Source of the DNA: an uncultured bacterium
GTDB lineage: Bacteria; Eisenbacteria; RBG-16-71-46; CAZAMP01
Direction: 5' to 3'
Length of the DNA stretch: 64,000 bases
Assembly (NCBI GenBank): GCA_964486455.1
Contig: CAZAMP010000007.1
Span: 18,280 to 82,279 of the forward strand
Shown: positions 19,249 through 28,920 of the stretch, one piece after another
Layout: each line of letters starts with the position of its first letter
Numbering within the stretch: position 1 is the first letter of the stretch
Position numbers and translations under genes: made by a program
The notes under the pieces: generated by a model
The model's database searches: none
Told to the model about the DNA's origin: nothing
Seen by the model: only the letters and a program-made list of their open reading frames with translations

Positions 19249-21111
19249 ATGACACGAGTCCGAGAGCGGTGTGGGTCGTCGATCCTCGTCTTCGCCGTCG
19301 CGCTGGCGCTGCGCTTTCTGCACCTCATCGCCTTCAGGAGGCTGGCGTTCTATGAGGCGCCGTTCGGCGATTCCCTGTCGTTTGCCCGCGAGGCGGCCCG
19401 CCTGCTGTCGGAGGGACCGTTCTCCAGCGCGCTGCCGTTCTTTCAGGGCCCGCTCTATCCAGCGGTCCTCTCGATCGTTCGGGGCATCGGCCTCCCCCTG
19501 ACGGCGACGTTCTGGATCCAGTGCGTGACGGGAGGTCTCTCGGCCGTCCTCGTGGCCGTGCTGGCGAGGCGCGTCGCGGGGGAGCGCGCCACGGGAGAGC
19601 GCACCGCCCTCCTGGCCGGACTCCTCTACGCCGCCTATGACGCGGCGATCTTCTTCGATGCGGATCTCCTGGCGATCTCGGTCGTCGTGACGCTCGTGCT
19701 CGCGGGGTTGGTGGTCCTTCAACGGGCCTGGATGGACGAGTCACCGGGCAGGGTCGCCCTCGTGGGGGCCGGGATCGCGATGGGGCTCGCCGCCTGGGGC
19801 CGCCCGAACCTTGCCCTCGCCGTCGCCGCCCTGATCGCGTGGCCGCTCGTTCGGAACCGGGCAGCGGCGCGGAGACTGCTCCCGTTCAGTGTCGCCGCGG
19901 TGATCGTGATGCTGATCCCCATGGCGCGGAATCTCGCCGTGAGCGGGGAGCCGGTCTTCATCGCCAGCGGCGGCGGCGTGAACTTCTACATCGGGAACCA
20001 TCGCGGCGCGAACGGCGTGTTCCGGGTCCCGCCCGAGTCCGGGCTCATCAACGCCATGGAGATCGAGCGGCTGTCGCTGGAAGTGGCGGCGAAGGAGACG
20101 GGACGAGAGCTGTCAGCGTCGGAGGCGTCGGCCTACTGGTTTCGCCGGGGACTGAACGACCTGACGGAGGACGTGGGGGCGGCGGCCCGGCTGTATGGGC
20201 GCAAGATGCTGCTGCTCTTCAACCGGCACGAGATCCCGAACCATCTCGACCTCGACTTCGTCAGGCTGTACTCACCGCTGCTGCGCTGGGACCCGGTTCG
20301 CGCATGGCTTCTCATCAGTCTGGGGATCGCGGGGCTCATCCTCTTCCGGAAGAACCGCGCGTTGTCCCCGCTCCTCGTCTTCACGATCGCCGGCGCGGTC
20401 AGCATTCTACCGTTCTTCGTTACCGCCCGGTTTCGGCTGCCGCTCATGCCGGGCCTGGCGGTGGGCGCGGCCTTGTACGTCGATGCCCTGATCTCGCGCG
20501 GACGCGCCCGTCCGACAGCGCGGCGGATCGTCTCGGCGGGACTCGTCGGAGCCGCGGCGCTGGCGCTGAGCCTCCTTCCGCTCGTCAGAAGCGGCGACCA
20601 CGCGGCCGCCCACGTCAACCTGGGGGCGCTCCATGCCGACCTCCAGGAGGTCGAGCGCGCTGAGATGGAGTTTCGTCGGGCGCTCGAGTCCAACCCACAT
20701 GAGCCCCGGGCGCTCGACAACCTCGGGGCCTTGGCGCTCCGCAGGGGTGACCCCGCCGCGGCGCTGCCCTGGATCGAGCAATCGCTCGTGGCGGATGCTC
20801 GCTCGTTTCGGGCCTGGGATCACCGCGGGATCGCGCTGGCGATGCTGGGACGTTACGACGAGGCGATTGAATCGTTCGAGAGGGCGCTCGAGATCTTCCC
20901 GGAGTGGCCGGAGGGTCGGCAGAACCTGGGCCACACGTGGCAGACCTATCTCGCGGAGTGCGAGAAAGTGGCGACGGAGGCGGGACTGGTGAACCTGGAC
21001 ACACCTGAGGAACGCGAGGCTCTCACTAAGCTGTTGTCAGATAAGGGATTTCATCGCGCGGCGGCGCTCATGCGGAAACGAGCGGCGAGTGACGATCGAT
21101 CCGGCGACTAG
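19249..21111 (+). CDS. Polytopic membrane glycosyltransferase-like protein (GT39/PMT_2/ArnT-like) with C-terminal TPR repeats
   Basis: About 10 TM helices with an N-terminal loop FYEAPFGDSLSFAREAARLL, typical of PMT_2. C-terminal 150 aa are TPR-like (HVNLGALHADLQEVERAEMEFRRALESNP...). Confidence 0.55.
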   Translation: MTRVRERCGSSILVFAVALALRFLHLIAFRRLAFYEAPFGDSLSFAREAARLLSEGPFSSALPFFQGPLYPAVLSIVRGIGLPLTATFWIQCVTGGLSAVLVAVLARRVAGERATGERTALLAGLLYAAYDAAIFFDADLLAISVVVTLVLAGLVVLQRAWMDESPGRVALVGAGIAMGLAAWGRPNLALAVAALIAWPLVRNRAAARRLLPFSVAAVIVMLIPMARNLAVSGEPVFIASGGGVNFYIGNHRGANGVFRVPPESGLINAMEIERLSLEVAAKETGRELSASEASAYWFRRGLNDLTEDVGAAARLYGRKMLLLFNRHEIPNHLDLDFVRLYSPLLRWDPVRAWLLISLGIAGLILFRKNRALSPLLVFTIAGAVSILPFFVTARFRLPLMPGLAVGAALYVDALISRGRARPTARRIVSAGLVGAAALALSLLPLVRSGDHAAAHVNLGALHADLQEVERAEMEFRRALESNPHEPRALDNLGALALRRGDPAAALPWIEQSLVADARSFRAWDHRGIALAMLGRYDEAIESFERALEIFPEWPEGRQNLGHTWQTYLAECEKVATEAGLVNLDTPEEREALTKLLSDKGFHRAAALMRKRAASDDRSGD

Positions 21112-21700
21112 TCACACCGCCCCTGCCAATCCGTACCATGCTTCACATGTCAGCAGGACGTATCCCCTAACCCACGTCCGCGGGCAATCGCTCGGCACCG
21201 GCGTCGCCTGATATATACGAATTCCTTCGGTACCATGGTTGCCCCAAGTGCTTGAAGTAGAGGCAGTTGAGCAGGCCTCTCTCCCCGGGAAATAGACCAA
21301 TGTAACCTGCTCCATTCAAACACTTTACGGCTTCCGCGACATCGAGATTCAGCCAACATGCTCAAGGGAGGAGCCCCCTGGTCCGTGTGAGACTCTCCGG
21401 GGTTGTGAGCTATCTGCTGTCCGTTGCCCGATTCGACCGAGCTGGCGGGCGTACTTGGACTGGGGAATCGCGCCGCTGGGGGAACCGATGGGGAAGACGG
21501 AAGGGGTGGCATGGACCCCCACCGCCCCCCGCCCGTGTGCGGACGGGTCAGAAATCAGTGGATCGCGCGCGTGAGATGTCTTATAATGATACAGGATTGC
21601 GCCCCCTGGGACTCGTGTGGGCTTCGTCACCTAGTAGTACGCTGGTGGTTCGGTCCCTTGAAGCCTACGGTCTCCTGGGGGGCCTTATTATGCCCTTCGT

Positions 21701-22543
21701 TCAACCCCGCGACACTTCGTCCAGCGTCTCGATGGATCGAATCCGATCCAGACGAAACCGAAGACGAGTCTTCTTCAGGTGACAGTATCCCTCAACATGA
21801 AAAGCGGCCAGAACCTCGGGCTCAAGCCGTCGCCGTCTCTCCCCACCCGCGCGCGACGCGTAGACGATCTCCACCATCTTCTTCTCGTCGATCGCCCGAC
21901 GTAGCTCTTCCGCGATATCCCGCAGCACGGCGGGCGACACGGACGGGGGATGGCGCCTTGCCCCGAGCCGTTCGAGCGTGACCTCCGCGCCGTCCTTCCC
22001 CAGCTCCTCTGCGAACCGCAAGAAGACCCGGGCGGTCATCTCCGCGTCACCGAGGGCCCGATGGGATTCTGCTTCCGTGATCCCGAAGGCGCGGACGACG
22101 TCGATGAGGCGATGTCCCGTCGTGCTGTCCGCCCGATGGCGCCTTGAAAGCTCCAGGGTGTCGACCGTCAGGTTCCGGAGCGGCGGGAGCTCGAGCGCGG
22201 CAAGCCGGGCCTGCAGAAAACCCATGTCGAATCCCGCGTTGTGCATCACCAGTGTGGCGTCGTCGACGAACGCCAGGAACTCCGGCAGCGCCTCGTCGAA
22301 CGGTCGGCAATCCGCGAGCATCTCGTCGGTGATGCCGTGCACGGCTGCGGCCACCTCGGGCATCGACTTCGACGGCTTCACCAACTCGGCCACGTGGCGT
22401 CCGGCCTCGCCGGCCACGATCTCCACGAGCGCGTACTCACAGATTTCGTCGCCCAAGAGCGGCCTGAGTCCGGTTGTCTCGAAGTCGAGAACGACGAACC
22501 GTTCATCGCGATACGCGCATTTCTTCTTTCCTCTTCCTCGCAT
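21701..22543 (-). CDS. DEDD (DnaQ-like) 3'-5' exonuclease fused to a C-terminal WYL-like domain
   Basis: Exo I VVLDFETTG, Exo II HNAGFDMGFL, Exo III HRALGDAEMTARVF. C-terminus EIVYASRAGGERRRRLEPEVLAAFHVEGYCHLKKTRLRFRLDRIRSIE matches the WYL pattern (..YL.AyC...R.FRldRI). Start taken at MRGRGKKK. Confidence 0.65.
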   Translation of the reverse strand: MRGRGKKKCAYRDERFVVLDFETTGLRPLLGDEICEYALVEIVAGEAGRHVAELVKPSKSMPEVAAAVHGITDEMLADCRPFDEALPEFLAFVDDATLVMHNAGFDMGFLQARLAALELPPLRNLTVDTLELSRRHRADSTTGHRLIDVVRAFGITEAESHRALGDAEMTARVFLRFAEELGKDGAEVTLERLGARRHPPSVSPAVLRDIAEELRRAIDEKKMVEIVYASRAGGERRRRLEPEVLAAFHVEGYCHLKKTRLRFRLDRIRSIETLDEVSRG

Positions 22544-22565
22544 TGTTCTACCATAGCACATCGAA

Positions 22566-23408
22566 ATGGGACGCAGGATGACGATCCATCGGGGCGGGCG
22601 AAGGGTCGTGCTCGACGAGCACGACTTCGAGGCATGGGTGCGCGCTGGACGCGTTCCGGCCGACACGTGGATCAATTCGCCGACGTACACCAAGGGACGC
22701 GAAATCCGCGCGGACGAGCTGGAGGTGTACCACCTCTGGCGGCCGGATCCTGAGGAGAAGCGGCCGGCCACACGTCCATCCGTACTCTCGGCGATCTATC
22801 TGCAGCGGCGCGTCTCGGTCACGGAAGTGCTCCTTCTCGCGAACCTGATCACCTCCGGGATCCTGCTCTGGATCTGGCGCGCTTCATACCCGTTCGCTCT
22901 CCACGACTGGACCCGGCAGCTCAAGTTCGCGATCAGCGCCTGGTATGACTTCCCCAGGTTGATCCAGCCGACGTTCGTGCACGCGAGCCCCGCTCACCTG
23001 TTCGGGAATCTCCTCTACCTGTTCGCGTTCGGCGCCGTCGTGGAGTATGCCTTCGGCGCCTGGCGGGCGGGCGCGATCTACGTGCTCTCGGCCTATGCGG
23101 GCGCGATCGCTTCGTATCAGCTGCTCGATTCATCCGGGGTCTCGGTCGGGGCATCCGGCGCCGTCTTCGGCATGATCGGGGCCACCGTCGTCTACCTCAT
23201 TCGCCACCGCCGCGACTTCCACGACGCGATGGGCTGGCGCGTGCGGCGGATCTTCATCCCGCTCGTGCTCGCCGTGACGGTTCATTCCCTCTCGTCCGGC
23301 AATCTCTGGGCCCACGCGGGCGGACTCGCCGCAGGAATTCTCTTCGGCCTACTCCTCGACCGCCCGCTTCCCCCACCCGCCGGCGACGGCGCGTTGAACG
23401 AATCGTGA
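22566..23408 (+). CDS. Rhomboid family intramembrane serine protease
   Basis: 6 TM helices. Catalytic GASGAVFGMIG (GxSG) and a His in AHAGGLAAG. Confidence 0.75.
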   Translation: MGRRMTIHRGGRRVVLDEHDFEAWVRAGRVPADTWINSPTYTKGREIRADELEVYHLWRPDPEEKRPATRPSVLSAIYLQRRVSVTEVLLLANLITSGILLWIWRASYPFALHDWTRQLKFAISAWYDFPRLIQPTFVHASPAHLFGNLLYLFAFGAVVEYAFGAWRAGAIYVLSAYAGAIASYQLLDSSGVSVGASGAVFGMIGATVVYLIRHRRDFHDAMGWRVRRIFIPLVLAVTVHSLSSGNLWAHAGGLAAGILFGLLLDRPLPPPAGDGALNES

Positions 23409-23469
23409 CGATGGCGTAAGATTCCATCCAACAACGCGTTTCGCCCCACACCTTCGATCGGAGGTCCCC

Positions 23470-25266
23470 ATGCTGCCCTGCCCCCCTCGGCGTCAAACGA
23501 TGAAGCTCCTGTGCTGGCTAATGCTACTGACCGTCATCCCCGTGTCCCAAGTGCTCGGAACATCCCCCGCACCCGATCCCGAACCGATGAATCCGACCGA
23601 GTGGGAGGACTGGCTGAGTGGTGGTCCCGAGGACCGGCTCCCGATGCCACCATCGCTCGGGCCATGGAATTACGTCCGCGAGTTCAATCAGATGGTGGAT
23701 TTCTTCGCGTTCTGGCAGCTCTTCGATCCGGACTCCTCCAACCACGGGGGAATGATCGAGGCCGAGGCCGGTCCGCTGGGTAACGTCATCCAGACGGACA
23801 ACACGCTCGAGGCGATCTGGTGTTGGTCACGCTTTCGGGAGTTCACGGGTCGCGACACCTACGACGTCAATACCGAGGCGGCCTGGATCTACTGCCGGAA
23901 CTTCCCGGCGTGGATGGAGGAGGGCGGTGGCCAGGACTACTACCGCGTTCACAACTGCGCCTGGGGACTCACGGCGGTGCTCATGTACGAGGCGGCGACC
24001 GGCGACATGTCCTATTCCGGCTACGCCGACACGTGCGCCCAGTACATCGTCGATCATCCGCTCAACATCTATGACGGAACCGTCTGGCAGCAGCGGCTGG
24101 ACAGCTTCGTCAAAGGGTGGGCCGCAGGGAATCTCTATCTGTTCGGTGAGGCGCGGGGCAACGCCACTCTCATGGCCGAGGCCGTCACCCAGGGAACGGA
24201 CGTCTTCAACTGGCTCAATTCCAACCCGCAGGTGAATCTCACGCTCGAGTACTGGGCGATGAGCAGCGGCACCTCGATGTGGGGGGTCTGTAACTCCGTG
24301 TTTCGTGACGACCCGGTCCTCGGCCAGACCTGGTGCGCGGCCAATGCCGGCTACATGGATGTCTGGCAGGAGTGGTACAGCGTGCCCGGCTACGACTGGG
24401 ACTCATCGTGGAACGTGGCCTACTGCAACGCGCATTTCGCCGTCTGGGACGTGACCGGGGACGATACCTACTGGAACAACGGCGCGCTGATCGCCGACCT
24501 GCTCCTCTCTCTGGACACCGACGATGACGGCGGGATCGTCGCCAACACGCACGATCCCGTCACCGAGGACATGACCTGGGTGTCGTGCTACCTGGTCAAG
24601 ATGGGCGTGGATCGATTGATGGGAAGCGTTTCCGATCACGACACGGGCACACTCCGCTTCGTGGGGATCAACGACGGCGAGACCTTCGAGGTGGATACGC
24701 CGATCCCGGTTCGCGTGATAGCAACGAACTACGGGCTGAACGATGAGTCCGGCGTGGAGCTGCATCTCGCCGGCGATGCCGGGAGCGACATGGCCATCGT
24801 GGATCTCGACTTCGCCGAGCTGGATTCCACCACATTCGTCGAGGATTGGCTCCCCGGCACGGTCGGCTCCTATACGCTCACGGCGTGGACCGAGATGGCC
24901 GGCGACGCGGACGCGACGAACGATACGATCTCGGTAACCTTCGATGTGACACCGGTCGTCGGGGTCCCGAATGCCGGCGACCCCGCTGGCCCGATCAGCC
25001 TGGTGAGGGCAACTCCGAACCCATTCCAGGCGTCGGTCGTGATCCACTTCAATCTCGAAACCGACAGTGGTGTCATGCTCGAGCTGTTCGACCTGAACGG
25101 GCGGCTCGTGCGACGAATAGATGCCGGGCGACCAGCCGCGGGCAACGGGACGATCGCATGGGACGGTCGGGACACTGACGGCCGAACCGTCGCGCCGGGT
25201 CTCTATCCGTATCGGTTGAGCGCCGGGAACCAGGCGAGTAGCGGGAAGATCGTCAAGGTGAGGTAA
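23470..25266 (+). CDS. Secreted Trp-rich (possible six-hairpin/alpha-alpha-barrel) protein with C-terminal T9SS-type sorting domain
   Basis: RBS ggaggt. Signal peptide. C-terminus VMLELFDLNGRLVRRI...IAWDGRDTDGRTVAPGLYPYRL. The N-terminal family was not identified. Confidence 0.5.
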   Translation: MLPCPPRRQTMKLLCWLMLLTVIPVSQVLGTSPAPDPEPMNPTEWEDWLSGGPEDRLPMPPSLGPWNYVREFNQMVDFFAFWQLFDPDSSNHGGMIEAEAGPLGNVIQTDNTLEAIWCWSRFREFTGRDTYDVNTEAAWIYCRNFPAWMEEGGGQDYYRVHNCAWGLTAVLMYEAATGDMSYSGYADTCAQYIVDHPLNIYDGTVWQQRLDSFVKGWAAGNLYLFGEARGNATLMAEAVTQGTDVFNWLNSNPQVNLTLEYWAMSSGTSMWGVCNSVFRDDPVLGQTWCAANAGYMDVWQEWYSVPGYDWDSSWNVAYCNAHFAVWDVTGDDTYWNNGALIADLLLSLDTDDDGGIVANTHDPVTEDMTWVSCYLVKMGVDRLMGSVSDHDTGTLRFVGINDGETFEVDTPIPVRVIATNYGLNDESGVELHLAGDAGSDMAIVDLDFAELDSTTFVEDWLPGTVGSYTLTAWTEMAGDADATNDTISVTFDVTPVVGVPNAGDPAGPISLVRATPNPFQASVVIHFNLETDSGVMLELFDLNGRLVRRIDAGRPAAGNGTIAWDGRDTDGRTVAPGLYPYRLSAGNQASSGKIVKVR

Positions 25267-25301
25267 GGATTGAGGAATCGGGGCGTTGGGAGGAGACGAA
25301 G

Positions 25302-26105
25302 ATGAAACGGATCATCGGCCTCGCGGTTTTGTGCTTCATCTGTGTTTCCGGCGTGGCCGGCGGCCAAACTCAACTCCGGCACGCCTGGGCGGCCGCCGAA
25401 GCCGGCGACGGATATGACAAGCTCGTCGAGCTTGACAGCCTGGAGGTCTACACGGGAGGAATCTTCGTCTCTGTGGAGGGTGGCATAAACGCCTGCATTC
25501 AAGGCCACGGGGCCATCCTCGATCTCATGGCATCGAACATCTACGTGTCGGGAATCGGCAATCACCTGGACATCAACGGCTGCGTGATCATGAATGGGGG
25601 AAATCTATCCACTGGCGCTGGGCTCTACTACGACGACTATGGCAGCGGTCACGTCAGCAACTGTGTGTTCTACGGAAACCGCACCGGACTTCAGATGGAG
25701 GGCGTCGTCGTGGCCGACAGCAGCAGCATCTGCAACTGCATTTTCATGGAAAACTCGGAGTGGGGTGCCATTCTCGATGACGAGGACACGCCACCCCTAT
25801 TCAACTGTGCGGCCTGGATCAACGCCGCCGGAGATTACGCACTCTGGTGCGGCTGCGATACCACCGACCCGTTTGACTACTACCCCAACCCCGCGGACAA
25901 CTGCCTGGTGGATGATCCGGATTTCGTGAACCCGTCGACCGATCCGAGTACGTGCGACTTCCATCTGAATGAGGAGAGCCCCTGCATCGGCGCCGGCGAC
26001 CCGCTGGGCACCGACATCGGGGCCTATCAGGAGTGGGCGGTGCCGACGCGCCCGAGCAGCTGGGGACGCATCAAAGGGATGTACCGAGGCAACGGGAGCC
26101 GCTAA
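25302..26105 (+). CDS. Secreted protein with parallel beta-helix (PbH1-like) repeats
   Basis: RBS gggaggag. Signal peptide. Repeated N-C-[VI]-F/I-.-.-N motifs (NCVFYGNRTGL, CNCIFMENSEWG). Confidence 0.5.
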   Translation: MKRIIGLAVLCFICVSGVAGGQTQLRHAWAAAEAGDGYDKLVELDSLEVYTGGIFVSVEGGINACIQGHGAILDLMASNIYVSGIGNHLDINGCVIMNGGNLSTGAGLYYDDYGSGHVSNCVFYGNRTGLQMEGVVVADSSSICNCIFMENSEWGAILDDEDTPPLFNCAAWINAAGDYALWCGCDTTDPFDYYPNPADNCLVDDPDFVNPSTDPSTCDFHLNEESPCIGAGDPLGTDIGAYQEWAVPTRPSSWGRIKGMYRGNGSR

Positions 26106-27596
26106 TCAAAAGCGTGCGCGGGCGGAGACCGACGTGATCGTCGCGTCACTCTCGTCCAGATCGATCTGATCCTCGCGGATCACCTGGTGGAGTATCGATA
26201 ACCGAAGCTCGTCCAGCGTGAACGAAAGCTCCCCGAGCCCGATCCAGCGCTCTCCCGACCGGTAGTCGCAATCGCATCCCGATTCCCGCACGATATCCGT
26301 GCGCTCGAACTGCGCTCCCGCGAGGATCTGCCATCCCTTGCCCATCTCCGCCGACACCTGGAAGCTCGCCGTGAGCTCGCTGTCGAGGAGCGTGAGATCT
26401 TGGGGATCGGCTGACTCCGGCTCGATAGGCTCGAGCCGCCGGACGAACGTGTCAACGGTTAGCGGGCCGCGCTCGGCGGTCACGCGCGCACGTAAGCCGG
26501 AGCGGTTGCCCAGGTAGGTGAGCGCGCTGTACGGCGCCGAGAAATGCTCCTCGAATCGAAGATAGGCAAGCCGTACACCGATCGTGCGCGCCGCGAGCAC
26601 CGCGTGCGCGGTGGCGCGGAAGCCGTTCGACCATCGCGTGCGTGAGGCGTCCCCACGGTGATCGTCGCGCTGCGCGGTCCGCAGCCACTCACCCTCGAGC
26701 GTTGCGAACCGGGCGATCGGAACACGGGCGTCCAGTCCGAACGCCGTGTTCATCATCGCGAAGCAGAGCGGATCTGTTTCGACGGTCGGGCAACCCGGGT
26801 TGCGGGGATCGTCGCGGACGTGCATGACCGTGGCGCCGACACGACGAAACGTCAAGCTCGCGTCGTGGAGCTGAGAGTAGACGGCGCGACCGGCGTAGAG
26901 GTCTTGGTGGTGCTGAAAGGTGTCCTCGTCGAAGATCGGAAGCCCGGGAACCCTATCGAGCGTCGCTTCCTTGGGCCGCGCGTAGAGAACGGTCCAATCG
27001 AGACCCTCCCCTACGGTGCCGCCGGCTCGCGCGCCTTCAAAGGTGAGATCGGGCCCGGGCTCCTCGAGGCTTTCGATCAGGACCGCGGCCGTGGTTCCCC
27101 CGCAGACGCCGCACGCCCGTTGCGTCCCGCCGAGCGCGATATCGGCCATGTCCCAGCGCATGAGCGTGAGCGGCGTGAAGTGAACGTCGTAGTAGCCGAT
27201 GCGGCCGTGAACGTTGCCGTATCGCATCGCGACGAACGCGCTACCCTCCGGGCGAGAGAAATAGTGCGGGCCCAGGAGCAGTACGTTATCCGGTTCGTTG
27301 CTGACGCGAAGAAGACCGCCCGCGGTGACGTGCCGATTGACCTGTCCCTCGACCGTGAGGAAGAACCGGTGGAAGAACGAGGTCTGGGGTTTGAGCGCTT
27401 CCCCGTAGATCCCGGTGAGAGAGGGCCCGTCAACATCGACCTGGAGCCAGCGCGCGCGGACGTCGCCAGTAACCGTGATCCGGTCGTCGATCCCCGCGGC
27501 CGCATCGTTCGGGATCACGTTGCCGGCGACCACGAGGAACGTGAACGCGAGGATCGCCATGAGGACAGCATGCGTGCTGGGCGACCGCCTACTCAT
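26106..27596 (-). CDS. Putative outer-membrane beta-barrel protein (signal peptide, C-terminal Phe)
   Basis: Start chosen at MSRRSPSTHAVLMAILAFTFLVVAG, overlapping the upstream stop by 8 nt. Alternating amphipathic strands. Terminal ...ARARF. Confidence 0.45.
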   Translation of the reverse strand: MSRRSPSTHAVLMAILAFTFLVVAGNVIPNDAAAGIDDRITVTGDVRARWLQVDVDGPSLTGIYGEALKPQTSFFHRFFLTVEGQVNRHVTAGGLLRVSNEPDNVLLLGPHYFSRPEGSAFVAMRYGNVHGRIGYYDVHFTPLTLMRWDMADIALGGTQRACGVCGGTTAAVLIESLEEPGPDLTFEGARAGGTVGEGLDWTVLYARPKEATLDRVPGLPIFDEDTFQHHQDLYAGRAVYSQLHDASLTFRRVGATVMHVRDDPRNPGCPTVETDPLCFAMMNTAFGLDARVPIARFATLEGEWLRTAQRDDHRGDASRTRWSNGFRATAHAVLAARTIGVRLAYLRFEEHFSAPYSALTYLGNRSGLRARVTAERGPLTVDTFVRRLEPIEPESADPQDLTLLDSELTASFQVSAEMGKGWQILAGAQFERTDIVRESGCDCDYRSGERWIGLGELSFTLDELRLSILHQVIREDQIDLDESDATITSVSARARF

Positions 27597-28146
27597 CGTC
27601 CGTCTCCGCGGCCTCACGAGCGTCGGCGATCTCGAGCGCGCTCGTCCAGATCGAGTCGATCGACTCGGGATGATCATAGTGGACGAGATGGACGACACCT
27701 TTGCCGTCGATCAGAAAGCAACTGAAGCTCAGGTTCCCCGCCGACATCGCCTTCGCGACTGAGCCGGACGCATCCCAGAGATTCAGGAAGGTGAGCTTCG
27801 TGCCTTTCACGAGCCGCCGGGCGTCCCCGATCTTCTCGTCGTCATTCACAATTCCGACGACGTGAAACGGAAGGGAGTCGGCCCGCGACGCGTGCCGCCC
27901 CATCTTCACCACATCCGCCATGCAATCCGGGCAGTTCGTGTTCCAGAGGATGAGAAGCGACCAGCCGTTGGCGGCGAAGAGCGAGTCGGAGGCGAACGAG
28001 CCGTTCCCGTGGAGATCGGGCAAACGGAACGAGGGTGCGGTGTCCCCCTCGTTCAATGCCCAGGCGACGGTCCCAGACAGCATCGTCAGCGAGACGAGTG
28101 CCGCGAAGACCCCGACCAAGAGGGTGATGCGATATCCCGACTTCAT
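27589..28146 (-). CDS. TlpA-like thiol-disulfide oxidoreductase (thioredoxin/redoxin family)
   Basis: RBS aggag. N-terminal membrane anchor. WNTNCPDC active site. Redoxin-fold context. Confidence 0.75.
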   Translation of the reverse strand: MKSGYRITLLVGVFAALVSLTMLSGTVAWALNEGDTAPSFRLPDLHGNGSFASDSLFAANGWSLLILWNTNCPDCMADVVKMGRHASRADSLPFHVVGIVNDDEKIGDARRLVKGTKLTFLNLWDASGSVAKAMSAGNLSFSCFLIDGKGVVHLVHYDHPESIDSIWTSALEIADAREAAETDDE

Positions 28147-28184
28147 AGCACACTCCTACGCAAAGCATAGCGGGCGCGTGATCC

Positions 28185-28802
28185 ATGTCAATGGATCTGC
28201 TAGCATGCCGCATCATTGATCCATCACCGGGCCTGAACATGAAGTTACTCATCGTCACAGCATCGAGCACCGGCGCACGCGCCGACAGTCGAACGGACGC
28301 GCTCATCGAGTCGTATCGATCGCGCGGCCATGACGTCGCGCGCGAGAATTCGGGTCGAGCGGCGGGCGCGATCATCAAGGACAACTGGTTTGATCTCGTC
28401 GTCGAGGATCTCACCGACGATCCGCTCCATGTGGCGAAGTGGGTGAAGCGGCGCCCGGTCCTCGTGCTTCCTCCAGATCTCTTCCCGGGTTCGTCTGCCG
28501 GGCACGCCGCACCGGACTACCTCGGCTCGGGGTTCGTGGCGAAGCGGCGCGCCCGCTGTTACCGGAACTGCTTCTTCGTCGTCCCGGATGAGCCGGGCGC
28601 CGGGGCGCTCGTGTCGTTCGGCGTTGAGTCCGAACGGATCCAGGCCATCGAACCGATGCTCGGCCGCCTCACGGGCCCCTCCACCGACGCACTCCCGGCG
28701 CCGGCGCTCGATGAGACCAACGCCGCGCGCTGGCGCCAGGTGATGGAAGGCGTTTACGAGTTCAGCCTCGAGATCATCGAGAATCACCGCGCGTGGTACT
28801 AG
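28185..28802 (+). CDS. Hypothetical protein (weak receiver-like N-terminal segment)
   Basis: No RBS and no clear motif. MKLLIVTAS...FDLVVEDL loosely resembles a CheY-like fold. Start ambiguous between 28185 and 28239. Confidence 0.35.
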   Translation: MSMDLLACRIIDPSPGLNMKLLIVTASSTGARADSRTDALIESYRSRGHDVARENSGRAAGAIIKDNWFDLVVEDLTDDPLHVAKWVKRRPVLVLPPDLFPGSSAGHAAPDYLGSGFVAKRRARCYRNCFFVVPDEPGAGALVSFGVESERIQAIEPMLGRLTGPSTDALPAPALDETNAARWRQVMEGVYEFSLEIIENHRAWY

Positions 28803-28920
28803 GCCGGCTTTGCCAGCTCCCCATCCCCTGGCCTCAAGAAGCTTCGCATGTGCGAACGGGAAGGGGGCGGTGAGCACCGCCCCCTCCATGGAATAGCTCT
28901 CTTGTCTCAGCCACTTCCCG

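Noticed and set aside
21600-21700. Possible tRNA near GGTTCGGTCCC
   Set aside because: No complementary T-stem, acceptor stem or anticodon arm could be built. It is not a tRNA.
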